DNA of 64,000 nt from Camelus dromedarius (Eukaryota). A model generated the notes under the pieces. It worked only from the letters and a program-made list of their open reading frames with translations. It was not told where the DNA came from and made no database searches. The position numbers were made by a program, and so were the translations under genes. The stretch covers positions 51,834,001 to 51,898,000 of the forward strand of contig NC_087437.1 of assembly GCF_036321535.1 (NCBI RefSeq), in the 5' to 3' direction. Position 1 is the stretch's first letter. Each line of letters opens with the position of its first letter. Shown here in pieces: positions 12,158 to 24,000 of this stretch.

Positions 12158-15100
12158 TGCCTCATTCAGCCTTCACAGTGTTTTGAGGTAGAGTAGCATT
12201 ATCTCTATTTTAAAGATGAGGAAACCAAAGCTCAGAGAGGTTGGGTAACTCAGCTGAAGGCACGTGCTATCACGTGTGGGCAGAGTGGGACTGGAATGCA
12301 GATCCGTCTGCTCTGGGGGCAGGAGCTCTCCCTTGCAGGAGACTCCTCCGTCCTCACAGCTGTCCTGCACTGTGCTGACAGCCCGCTGTGTCTCGAGCAC
12401 TGGTTCCCCCACTGCGGGAACCACAGCGCTGCTGCCCACAGCTATCATTCCTGCAAACAGGCTCCTCTCCCAAATCAGGTCCCTTCTGGTGACAGAAGAC
12501 CCACGACCTGGCAATCAGAGAAGCCAACTTGCTCCTCCCCTCCCTCACTGTCTCTACTCTGGGTGCTCAAGTTTAGATACAACTGAGCATGCCTACAGGT
12601 TTTCTCTTCTTCTCCCTCAGCCCCATTTTCCCAAAGGAGTTTGGTTGTTCCCTGAGAACCTTCTGCAGACTGGCAGGGTGGAATAACAGCAAAAACCCAG
12701 GAGATCTAGGTTCAAGCTCTGGATCCGCTGCTCACGAGCGATGCTAGGACCTTGGGCAGGTCATTTAACTTGTGCGTTGACAGAATGGAAGGAATTATTC
12801 TTTCCTTGTTGTTTGCCTACAGTATTGTGATGTTGGCACACGCAGGACCTGCCTTGTGGAGCTGTTGTGTAGTTTCAGGAGACAATTTGGTTCTCATACT
12901 TAATACCATGCCCAACACATAAGGCTTAATAATTGTTGGCTGCTGTTGCTATCAGTCATGAGTAGACTGGGTGCTGGGAAGGGTCTGCAATCTGCTGGTA
13001 GGATGGGTTGTGTGCTAACTCCAGTCACCCACTCAGCTTTCCTAGAGCTTCAGTCCTCAGAGTTTGGAATTCCTGGTTCAAGGTCACACAGTCATGATTT
13101 TAAAATGCTTTGATTGGGACCCTTTTCAGACTACCTAACCTCTTTAGTCAGAACACTGTATTTCTGCTGGGAGGTAATTGTTGCCATCTCTGCTGGGCTG
13201 CACAATTTGAGGAATAATTTGCACAAGCATCAATTGCCACCATGACTGAGGCATGAAGCATAATTATCTCAAAAGGAAACTGTGATTGAGCTTGTGAATT
13301 GAGGCCTGATTTGCAGGGGCTGCAAATGAGCTGCCCCCTCTGGAGCACTATGTGTCTCCTAGATGTTGGGGCTGTAATCAACCTGAGCCTGTTTCCAAAC
13401 ACCCATTCTCCAAGTTCCAGTGGGTCAAAAGTGCCGACTCTGGTGAATATCAAGATCCCTGCAGAGTCTGCGGCTGAACTGAGACCTTCCCATTGTCTAA
13501 GGCCAGATTCCTAGTTTCCAAGGGCGTTTCCTTCACTGGCTTTGCTTCCTAGTTGTAGCAGAGGAAGTATGACTTGGAGTCATCATCTGCCACCACTGTC
13601 CCAACAACATCCCTCTGCTCTCGCACCCACAGTGGTTCAGAGGGAAGATCTAGTTCTGTTTGTGTCTGGAGGGGAAGGAGACCAGGGATCCAGGCCTTCC
13701 TCCTCCCTCATCTGAATGACCCTAAGCAACAGGAGAATCCATCTCTTGCCCTTACCGTGGCCAATGTCTGCTCTACACATGGGTCCAGAGGCCACACTTT
13801 TAATACTCTGAGAAGTTGATGGTGGCATGTGTGACACAGAAGGTCTTTCATCCTGAGGCAAGGGTACGAGTTCTGCCAGCCCTTTGTGCCATCTGGAAAC
13901 AACACTGGGAATCGTATTTGTAGGGCCACAAATGTTATTTGATTGTTCCCTGGCATGAAAGACTTGAGGCTTAGTGGAGAGAGCAGACTAAAGAAGACTG
14001 AGAAAACATGGCCTCTTGGGGCAAAACATGCTGAGTTTGAGCGAAAATATACATTCCCCACGTAGTCAGCAGTCTGAGAACACCGGGGGTGAGCAGAGCC
14101 GGGACCAATGTTCACAGATAATTCTCCAACTTGACTTTAGCCTCCTTTTTACCCTCCTGCAGGCCAGTGTCTGTCATAGTTACCTTGGCTACACGACCCT
14201 TGTCTGTATCTCCAGAGAGAGAGCCATGTTTGGAAGAAAGAACATGAGGCCCCACGTCTGAAAGGAGTCCCAAGAAGAAGGAAATGTAAAATAGTGAACA
14301 ATGTGGGATTTTGACTCGGTCAGACTTCAGTTCCAATCCTTGTTATGTCATACACTATCTACCAGAACTTTACAGCTTCTCCAAGTTTCAGTTTGCATAG
14401 TTCAAAATGGAACCGATAATATCTATCCTGCTTGATTCTTGTAAAAAATCATTAAAACTTATGTAAAGCATAAAAAGCTTAGGTATTGAATAAATGGCAA
14501 GTATTAATATCTGTAAAATGGAGGTGCCTTCATAATACCCACTTTGCAATGTGGTTATGAAAAGTAGGGGGAAAATGCCTTTGGCCTATAGCAGATGTTT
14601 AAGAAATGGTAGTTGTTAGTCTCACTTGCCATGAACTATATGTTACTGTATGTCTGACCTTAAGAAAAGCCACTTCTGCTGCCAATGAAATGGGGAGTTT
14701 TTCTACTCTGCTCAATCCCATAAGGACTGCAGTGGCAACTGGGGATAATTATACATGCCTCGCTTGACTTTTGGAATTGTGATAAATAAAATCACATATA
14801 ATATATTGGAAGCCAGATGCAGGGAACAATGTACTAGAATGAAACACATTGGATTGGGAGGCAAAGGACTCGGGTTCTAGCCTTGGTACTGTCTTTTGCC
14901 AGGTGACCATAGGCAAATCACCAGGAAATCAGATTCTCAGGTGCACATGCTGCTGACTTCTCACCAGCTGTGAGAAAATACAAATGTGAGAAATTATCAC
15001 TATTGCTTCTTGAGGGCAAAGCTGGTTTTTACATCTTAATCTTTGGAACCCAGCAAAGTCCTTGGCATGTAGCAGGCACTCAGTATTTTTGTTTAATGAA

Positions 15101-16210
15101 TTATAAACTGCTCAGAAGTCATATTTTTAATCATTAATCAACTTTTTTTTTAACCTATAAGCTTATAGCTTTTGATCTCAGTCTGATTTGTAGGATCCCT
15201 GGGCCTGTGTCCTAGAGTATTCATATTCCACGCTAACCTTAACAGACTCAGAAATGTTATTCAGACACAACTGAGAGCAGGAAAAAAGCTACCAATAAAG
15301 GGAAGAAAGTGGCTCTTCTGTGTATGGCAGCTACGGGGGGACAGTTTCACAGTCCCCTCTATACTCCTCTTTGGTTTGGTCACCACCACTCCTATAGGTT
15401 CCTTAATATTCTGTGTACCCATTCTACAGGATTTATCCCCCGTGTGGAGGTGGTAGGCACTGCAGAGGTTTTAGCTGCATACGTAGATGCCTTTTCATGG
15501 GTAGTTAAGAATGTGGGATGCCTTACAGTTCTCCAAATGAGAGACAGCGGGTAGAAAGCACAAGCAGAAACACGAATGAGGATGCTGGGCTTCCTGGTGC
15601 CAAGGGAGAGATCTTGAAGCAGAGCTTCTTGGTGGTAGGGAACATCACATGTACCCTCCACCCACACTACATACTGTTCCAGAATTAGTAAAATATTTGG
15701 TCTCCGCATAGACTGAGAGAAGGGAGATGGAGAGGACCAAAATGCTAACAGACCCCATCACTATTTGTGCACTGTGATAAACAGCCCTGGAACAAACGTA
15801 CTGGCAAGGGTAGGGTGTTTTCCAGATCTGCCACGTATCACGTCTTCCCATGTTACTGAGGAGCATCTATGATCTTAAGTCATTTTTAATACCATCTCCC
15901 ACCCCCAACTTCTTCCTCTTCTCATTCCCCTCTGCTCTACCCACCCTGCCATTTCCCCCTCCCTACCTCCAAGTCTGACAAAAGGTAACCTCAGACAAGT
16001 CTCACCTATTCACCCCAGTGGGGTTGGGTGTCCCTCTGTAGCCTTCAACTCACCGCACCCTAATTTCTGGTTTATTTACTTACTGTCCAGTTCTGAAAAG
16101 TAGGACCTTTATCTCGTTCAGCATTCTATCCCCAAATACCCCCAATAGTACATCACACAAAAGAAGATGCTTAACAAACGTTTACTAGGTATACCAGGTT
16201 ATTCTTTTAA

Positions 16211-16216
16211 TTTATT
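16211..16216 (-). terminator. Putative polyadenylation signal (AATAAA) of the MAGEF1 transcript
   Basis: tttatt on the + strand, about 480 nt downstream of the ancestral stop after an AT-rich 3'UTR-like stretch. No genomic poly(A) tract follows it. Confidence 0.6.
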
Positions 16217-16694
16217 GCATTTTCCCCCTAGATACTGTAGTAACTAAGCAAACAGAGTTACATTCAATCTTTTTTCTTTATACAATAGACAAAAAGTGTT
16301 GGGAAGCTGGATACTAATCAGCTATTTTTTCCCAGTACCAGATCATCACATTGCTGAGTTCCTTCAAATGATTAATGTGCAGCATTCAATGCTGCATAAT
16401 TTGTCCAAGATCACAGAATAAAATGTAAAGTTTTTCATTTCATTTTACAAAACCAGCAAAACTCTACAAAAAAAATCCTACAGGAAAATGTAGACCAATC
16501 TCATTTATAAACATCAATTTAACAGTATACTAAATGTAACAAAACGTAGCAAGACACAAACCCTAAATCCTAGTTACAGAAATGCAACTGCTACAGAAAT
16601 AATGACCCTCCCCGCACCTATTCTACTTACGACTCAGTAGCTTTTATACCTACTCACCCCGACCCCCTCTGGCTGGCCACTCTTCCATCAGCCC

Positions 16695-17617
16695 TCACCA
16701 GGGGTGGATGCCGGCCCTAGCACTGGACCTAGTCCTCGCCCTCACTGTGGCCTCAGCTCTGGCTCTGTCAGCATCGTCTGCCAGGGCCTCACGGTACTGC
16801 ACTGGCCAGTGGTGGGGTTCTTTCTTATGGAGCTTGGGCAGGAACCCCAAGACTTTCACTTTGCTGGTTTCCAGGTTGCTTCCGGGACCTCAGGAGAATT
16901 CACATTCCGGTGGATTGGTGTAAGGCATAACGCCTGTAACTGAGGTATCTCAGCTGCACGAAGTCTTATTATTAAGCCTCTTCGGATACCCAGAGAAGAA
17001 GTGATACTTTGAGGGACGCACCCCCAACAGACGCAGCATCTCCCAGACCTGTGCCTCCCTGGCACGATTAACTTTCATGTAGATAAGGCCCAAGATCATC
17101 ATTTAGATCTGGGGCCATATCCTCCCAAATCCTCCTCCTCAAGAGGTTTTAGTTTGTTGTTCAGGATGTAAGTGTGGTGCTTACAGTCAAGCTGTTTCAG
17201 CTCGAAACCAAAGACATGCCGCAGACTCTCTGCGGCCCTTGCGATAATCTCAGGGAACAGATCCTTCAAGTCTCCTATAACATGTTTCACCACCTCGGAG
17301 CGAGTGATGGGACTCTTCTAGTCCTTCACCAGCAGAAACTGCACCAACTCGGCCACCGTCTGATCCACACGGCGGCGGACCCTGCGCCGGACCAAGGTTT
17401 TGGCTGCCAAGGCCCTAGCAGCTTTCGGGGGTGAGGGCGGGATCTGCAGCCCCCTCCTCCCTTGCGGCGCCAAGATCCCCCTGGGGCTGCCCTGCAGGAG
17501 GGAGCTCGGGGCCTCCTCCTGCGAGGCGGTCAGGGTCTGGGTCTCACCGTCAAGGCCGCTATCCTCCCCCTCGGTCTGAAGGATGGGGAGACCCTCGGTC
17601 TCGGGTTTCGGCAGCAT
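16695..17617 (-). pseudogene. MAGEF1: MAGEF1 (MAGE family member F1) intronless pseudogene, probably unitary
   Basis: Minus-strand translation from ATG 17617-17615 across frameshifts gives MLPKPETEGLP...ARALAAK...[214 protein letters not shown]. This is collinear with human MAGEF1 as I recall it, including the ...ARAGIHLW C-terminus. Premature stops at 17320-17318 (TAG) and 16892-16890 (TGA). Indels near 17477-17481, 17427-17431, 17103-17107, 16966-16973 and 16929-16930. Confidence 0.96.
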
Positions 17618-18045
17618 GTTTTCGGGCAGGCAGGTGCAAAGCGCGTACACGGGCCGAGGGTTGTGCGAGCCGCTGCACAAACCCCGGCGGAGGGGTTGGA
17701 CAGCGGCTGGGGAGGCTGGAGTAGGACTAGGAGAGATGGCAGAAGGGGCTTTTGTGGCTGCTGGGCGACGCCGCATAGGGCTCGGGACGGTTGCCCCGAA
17801 GCTGCCGGCGCCGAAGACCTGCGGCGCGGCCACCGCGCAGCCTCAGTGCGCGCCCGCGAGCCGACTAGCTGGACCACTTCCGGCCAACTCAGCCAAAATG
17901 GCGGCCCCGAGGCCGCGCGAAGCCCCTCCTCTTCCAGCCCCCGCTGGGTTGGGAGTGCGCACAGGCTTCTCAGGATGCCGGGGCTGCGGGGGAGCGCGCA
18001 GGCAGCGCTGCTCTTTAGACTCGCTGCTTGGAGAGGGGGCGGTAA
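17340..18045. promoter_or_regulatory. CpG island / MAGEF1 promoter and 5' region
   Basis: The densest CpG/GC stretch in the window, covering the 5' CDS and upstream region. ETS/GABP motif CACTTCCGG at 17875-17883, YY1 motif CAAAATGGCGGC at 17894-17905, and GCGC-rich NRF1-like half sites near 17956 and 17993. Confidence 0.85.
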
Positions 18046-18269
18046 CCAGGGCTTTCTCAAGGTTTCAATGTACAGATGAAATAAGGATGGAATTCTAGCC
18101 GTGTCCTTTCAGCAGGTGCTTATTTCCACGTGTGTGTATCAAAGACTGATTTACTGTGAGTCAAGTGCAGAGTGCGTGGAGGTTAAGGTGGGCGGTAAGG
18201 CTGTGCGGGACAATTAGTGAAAGGCGGTGAATAGGATGCTAGGGCGACTGAAATTATCTGTACACGATG

Positions 18270-18520
18270 GGAATATACTACAGGGGGATTTAAGCAAGGA
18301 GTACCAGGACCAGATCTGTAACTTTCCAGTCTCTCTGGTTTCAGTGTGGAGGATGGCTCAGAGTAGGGCTGACGAAAAGCTGGGAATCCGGCTTCGAGTA
18401 TTGGAGTACTATTGTAGAGCAGAATAGGAACTGAGACTTGGCCTGTCTTGTTCATTGGTGTATCCCAGGTGCCTAGAACAGTGCCTGGCACATAGAGGCG
18501 CTACATAAATGTTATAAAAT
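18270..18520. mobile_element. L2 fragments flanking the CpG island
   Basis: gggatttaagcaagg...tctctctggtttcagtgtggagga (minus-type) and gtatcccaggtgcctagaacagtgcctggcacatag (plus-type 3' end). Confidence 0.65.
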
Positions 18521-18720
18521 TACTAATGAGGGGTTAAGGATAGCAGATTCCACAGGGTTCGTGAAAGGAAGATGATAAACGATATACTGAAGTACAGCTG
18601 GCAGAAATAGTAACTGATTGGAGGAAAGGAATCTTTTTTAAAACCTATTCAAACTTAACCGCTCCTATTTTTTTTTCTTTTTGCTGACTCTATTCTGAAC
18701 TTTATCCCTCTGCCTATCTG

Positions 18721-18827
18721 TCACTCCTCCCCCCCTCCCCAACTCTTCCTCCTCCTTCCCTCTCCTCCCCTTCCCCTTCCTCTTCTTCTCTTCTCCTCTG
18801 CCTCTCCTCCACTCCCCTCCCTCTTTT
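18721..18827. repeat. Polypyrimidine/polypurine low-complexity tract
   Basis: About 105 nt that are almost entirely C/T on the + strand. Confidence 0.85.
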
Positions 18828-19069
18828 GTAGGCTCAGCTTACATGTCACCTTTCCAAAGCCATCCTTAGTCTCCATGCATGGAAGTTATTTGCTGCCATT
18901 TCTGAATCATCATAGCAATTAATATTTGTTTAACAATCTACTTACATAGACCTTACTGTGTGCTAGGCTCTGCTCTAACCATTTTTCAAATATTAATTTG
19001 TTTAGTTCTTATTAAGGTAAGTACTATTGTCATTATCGCCATTTTATAGATATGTCTTTCCTATGGAAT

Positions 19070-19475
19070 TTGCTATTTACTAGCTATGTAATCCTGGGCA
19101 AGTTACCTAAACTTCCTGCCCCTCAGTTGCCTTATCAGTAAAATGAGTATAATAGTAGAAACAACATTGTGGAGATTATGTGAAGTAATGCATATAAGCC
19201 ATTTAACACAGTGCTTGGCACATAGTGTTCAATAAATGTTAGCTGTTATTTATTGCATATTTTAAATGTGCTGATACTGTGCTAATTTTTTACATGTATT
19301 AACTCATCAAGTAACTCATCTACTTCTCCTAACAGCCCTGCTAGATAAGTGGTATTATTTTATAAGGGAAGTAACACACAAAGAGGTTAAGTAACTTCCT
19401 GAACATCACATGACTGAACCACTATTTCAATCATATGGTATAACTTTAGAGATCATGCTCTTAACCACTATATTA
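19070..19475. mobile_element. Two adjacent MIRs in opposite orientation
   Basis: Plus copy tttactagctatgtaatcctgggcaagttac...gttcaataaatgttagc (about 19070-19250). Minus copy agaggttaagtaacttcc...atgctcttaaccacta (about 19250-19475). Confidence 0.75.
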
Positions 19476-19486
19476 ATAGGTGTTAA

Positions 19487-19515
19487 TTATTATTATTATT
19501 ATTATTATTATTATT
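19487..19515. repeat. (ATT)n microsatellite
   Basis: Direct reading of the sequence. Confidence 0.9.
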
Positions 19516-19614
19516 GACCATACACTGCCTTGTCTTATAATTATTTTTGTGCTTATCTTATTACCCTCCAAAACCAAACATCCTAAAAGCTGGGGCTATG
19601 TCCTTAACTCTTTT

Positions 19615-19783
19615 TTTTTTTTATTCTTTTTTTTTTTTCAGACTTGTTTGGTTTCTTTGTGGAGGTTATTAGGTTTATTTATCCATTTGTTTATTTATTT
19701 AATGGAGGTGCTGGGGATTGAACCCAGGACCTTGTACATGCTAAGCACACACTATACCACTGAGCTGTACCCCTACCCCACCT
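19615..19783 (-). mobile_element. tRNA-derived SINE (Vic-1-like)
   Basis: Core ggaggtgctggggattgaacccaggacc...ccactgagctg with an A-rich tail. Perfect 14-bp TSD tccttaactctttt at 19601-19614 and 19784-19797. Confidence 0.9.
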
Positions 19784-20039
19784 TCCTTAACTCTTTTGAA
19801 GAGCCCCTCAGCATCAGCACTCTGTATGTAATTGTCACTGAATAAATGATGGAAGACTTTTTTCCGTAGGAAGTAATATTTATTTTAAATAAATATCTGA
19901 CAGTTAGACTTTTATAGATGTAATCATGAGCTCTTCTTTTCAAAAACTCCTGAAGATGTATACCCATTTATACTATATGACTTACAAAAACTGAAAGTGT
20001 GTGAATGAAGCAGGAGGATGTTTATTATAGTCTAGCTTG

Positions 20040-20270
20040 AGGCTATTATTAGTTTCTATTATGCCAGACATTTTATATACAATATAATTTAGTCCTTACA
20101 AATCCCTATTAGGAAGGTATTATTATCCTCATTTTACAAATGGGAAAACAGTCACTGAGAGGTTAAATCACTTATCCCCGGCCACCCATCTAAGTGCTAG
20201 ACTGGAAATGAGGGCCTAGATCTGTCTGTTCTGAAGACTGTTCTCATGACCACCGTGCTGGACTGCCTGG
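20040..20270 (-). mobile_element. MIR
   Basis: ggtattattatcctcattttacaaatgggaaaaca...gagaggttaaatcactt. Confidence 0.75.
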
Positions 20271-20439
20271 TTGTCTGTTTTCTCCCGAAGGTAGAACCAC
20301 TCCTACCTAAAAGGGCATCACTAGAGATAAAATAGTCTACTTGCAGATCTTTCTCACTTTAAGCATTGCCGAGGAGATATGGAGGAGAGAGATGCATGGA
20401 AAGGAGCATGCAGGAGATACACTGAATGGAGAGAATTTT

Positions 20440-20855
20440 GAGGGGCACATTAGCAGTAATATGACTGAATTTTGAAAACTGAATGAAGAATGTAATGCTA
20501 CTCATCAAAAAAAAAAAAAAAAAAAAAGGAACAAACTACTGGTATAAGATGGATGAGTCCAGCTGACATTATATTGAGTGAAAGAAGAAAGATACAGAAG
20601 ATTATATATAATATGATTCTAGTTAATCTGATGTCCAGGGCAGGTTCAGCTAATTGATGGTGACAAAAATGAAAACAGTGGAGGCCTGGAATAGGGTTGA
20701 CTAGAAAGGGGTATGCCTGAGCTGTATGGGGGTGATGGAAATGTTTTATATCACAATTTGGATGTGGGTATACATTTGTCAAAACTTTTCAAACTGTACA
20801 TTTAATATCTATGAATCTCACACTATATAAATTTTACTTTAAGATTATAAGAATA
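20440..20855 (+). mobile_element. L1ME-type 3' end
   Basis: ggaacaaactactg...attatattgagtgaaagaag...ggtgatggaaatgtttt...tacatttgtcaaaact. Confidence 0.75.
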
Positions 20856-20861
20856 AAAGGA

Positions 20862-21076
20862 TTTTAAACAAGTATAATTGACAGATAACGTTAGTTCATG
20901 TGTACAACATAATGAACTGATATTCACACATATTGTGAAATGATCACAAGAAGTCTAGTGAACTTCCATTACCATACATAATTACAAGTTTTTTTTTTCT
21001 TGTGATGAAGACTTTTAAGATCTATTCTCTTAGGAACTTTCAAATATGCAATACAGTATTAGAACTATAATCATGT
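20862..21076 (-). mobile_element. L1 3' end fragment (L1MA/laurasiatherian type)
   Basis: gtataattgaca...tgtacaacataatga...ttcttgtgatgaagacttttaagatcta...aactttcaaatatgcaatacagtatt. Confidence 0.78.
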
Positions 21077-24000
21077 AACAAAGTTTTTAAAAAATTAAAT
21101 GAATAGGACTTTAGGTAGAGGAGTTGATGAGGGGTATGAAAGGTGAATGACTTTGCTTTGCTACTTGCCAACCCCTGGACGCTACAATGTTATATACTGG
21201 AGGGGACCTAGACAATCATTTTCCAGTCCTGATTGTCCTGACCTCATACTGAACAGGCAGACTTTTAAAACAGTCCTTACTGAAGCTGTTAAAAGGGAGG
21301 AAAGATATAGCTCTTTGGTGGGCAGGGAGGAGGGGAGGGCGACAAAACTCTGATGACTATTAGATTGAAACCTTCCTGAAGGATGATCCTTGTAGCCTAG
21401 ACTATAGTCTTTGAGAGCCTATAGTGCTTAGCCCACTTTACTATGAGGAAAAGGATAAGGGAGTTACACTGGAAAAGCACAACTGCAGGATGAATTATCC
21501 TGGAACTGTCTAGCACTCTGTGGGTGTAAAAAAGGTGTGTCCTAGAACAAAGCACTGAACCAGGTCAGAAGACCTGAGTTCTGGTGTCCCTCCCCATTCG
21601 CTCATCCTGTGACCTTGCACAGCATACTTAACCTCTCTGGGCCATTGTTTCCTCATCTTTTTGTCTGACAACCTTAACTTTGACAGTCCCCACAGTTATT
21701 TTGAGGTTCAAGTAAGATTATAAATATAAACATACATTTAAAATGCTCTACCATTAAGAAACAAATATAAAATGTTACAGGCCTTTTTTTTTTAACAGAC
21801 CCAGTAGAAAGTCTCAGTAATGAGTGTGACTGGCCTCTCAAGCAGACATTTTGGAATGAGCTTACAAATTCCTGGCTGAAAAAACTGTCTGGCCAAAAAA
21901 GATTAAATAGAGAAACGTCAAGCCCTGACATTCCGTCTAAGGCTAGTGAATGCTTTGGTGGGGAGCCAGGGTTATCTTGTTGGATTCCTTCTAAACTTGT
22001 CAATAGAGTCCTCCAAACTCCTGAGTGCTTTCTTCACATGGATGCTGAGTAATGTCTCACCCCAGGTCTGAATGAGCCCCAAACTGCGAAGGTGCTTGCA
22101 TCTTCTCTATTTCTCCTGACAGTTTTGACAGCCATGCAGCTGAGCTGGCTCAAAGAAGGGATCAGAGGAAGAGCTTTGTCCCGTATCGCTGGGCCAGGGG
22201 CAAAATGGAGCCCAGTTTTGTCATAGCAGAATGGGCAGAGTGTGAAGCCGTGGGTCCTGTATGTGTGGCTGGTATTGAGGCAGGATGGCCAGGCGGATGA
22301 TTCGATCTGACTTGGGTAATGAAAATTGTTTGTTACTGTTTGAAGAGCAATTGTGTAAGCAACAGTACTTCTGTGTTTGGCTGCCTGTGTCCCACCAGTG
22401 TCTGTAACATAACACCCGGCCCAGAGGAGGAACAGACCATGGCCGGCGGGGGAGGGGAGACATGCAGGGGGCACGGGGCCCCCTTCTCCCGCCTCCCCTC
22501 CACTGTCCCACCCGCTCCCTAAACCTCGAAGGAGAGTTGGCGAGAAGGCATTTGCCACCTGGACACAATGAGGCCCAGTGCGAAGGGCAGGCGCGAGGCT
22601 GGCGAGCATCCAGGGCCCTGGTCTGAATGGCCGTCGCCCAGGGGCTGCCAACAGCCCATCTCTATCCCCCAGAGGCCGGGCCAGTCCAGGACGGGGGCCC
22701 CTCTACCCCCACCTCTGAGGCCCAACTCACGCCATTCGCTGGCCGTGACCAGAATGCGTGGGACACAGGGCCTTTGAGCAGCTGAACAGAGCCGTTTCCC
22801 CTTCGCTGGCCGCCAGTTCACTTGGATTAGAGCAGGCTCTCCGGAGTCCCTTTGTTGGCTGCTTGTTATTCCGCACGCACCGAGCACTGTGCATTCATCT
22901 TTATTAGTTCTAATTGCTTCCCTATTCTAATGGGATCTTGATATTCCCATACAATTGAAAGGAAATGTATTCATTAAAATAATTCTTCTCCTAACTGCCG
23001 CTTCAAGCTGCTCCTCTAAGTGACATTGTCTCTCCAGCCACAGCCTGCTGAGGCCTCTTATTAAGACTCTAGTCAAAAGCCAACTTTGGGCAGCAAACTT
23101 TCCTTGCAGGAGTTTCCAGACACTGAAGAGAGGGCGCTTTTTAATCGGCTCACACACTGAAGTTGGAGGCCAGCTGGTGGAACTGGGGGTGCTGCCCTGG
23201 GCGAGTGGGAGGGGAAGGGCTCGCCTCCAGGGCTGCCTCCCATAACAATGCCCCCTTTCTGCACACCGACTGGCTAGTTTAGACAGGGTCCCCCCCTCAT
23301 CATCTGGGTGAAACGTTTTGTTTATGCCACAAGCAGTTACTAGGTGTGTTCTTAGAGTGAGGCTCTGAGTAAGGTGCTAGGGAAGTGTGGAGACAGAGCT
23401 GCAGTCTCAAGGTGTTTATGGTCTCTGTGGGTGGCTCTGGACTCTGAGCCCCTAAAGTGAGGCGGGAGAGAGCCTGGGAGCAGTCTCAGTGCTCAGAAAG
23501 CTTCATAGGCTAGAGAACTTAGAAAAGTGGGGTGTTCTTCCATAAATGCGTTTGATTTAATAACCCACATCTTTCAAGCCATGGGCTCTTGGGGATAATA
23601 CAAGAAGCTTCTCTGGGACATTGGGAACCACTGATCTATTTGGGGGAAATAAGCCATTATAAAAAAGCATGCCTGTGTAAACACATGCTCTTTACATGAG
23701 TGGTTCAAAGAAGGTTATGGGAGTTTGGAGGAGAGGAAGGGAGCGCATACTGGGCACTATGCTGTTGCCTGAATCTTACTTAATCCCTAAAACAGCCCTG
23801 TGAGGGAAGCATTCCCCATTTCACCAATGAGCTGTAAGAGAATTTAGCTCATTTGTCCTGGATCAAGGGTTGGGAGCCAGGATTTGAACGCTGGCCTTCT
23901 GATCCCAAAGTACAGGCTGCTTTCACAGCATCATGCTTCCTCTCACGTTGTATCTGTCAGGGGCCATCAGAGGAGGTTTCACGTGGAAGGTGGTATTTGA

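Noticed and set aside
17431..18098. Overlapping long ORFs of 97-205 aa on both strands
   Set aside because: These are stop-poor shadow frames of the GC-rich island. Only the frame from ATG 17617 resembles a known protein.
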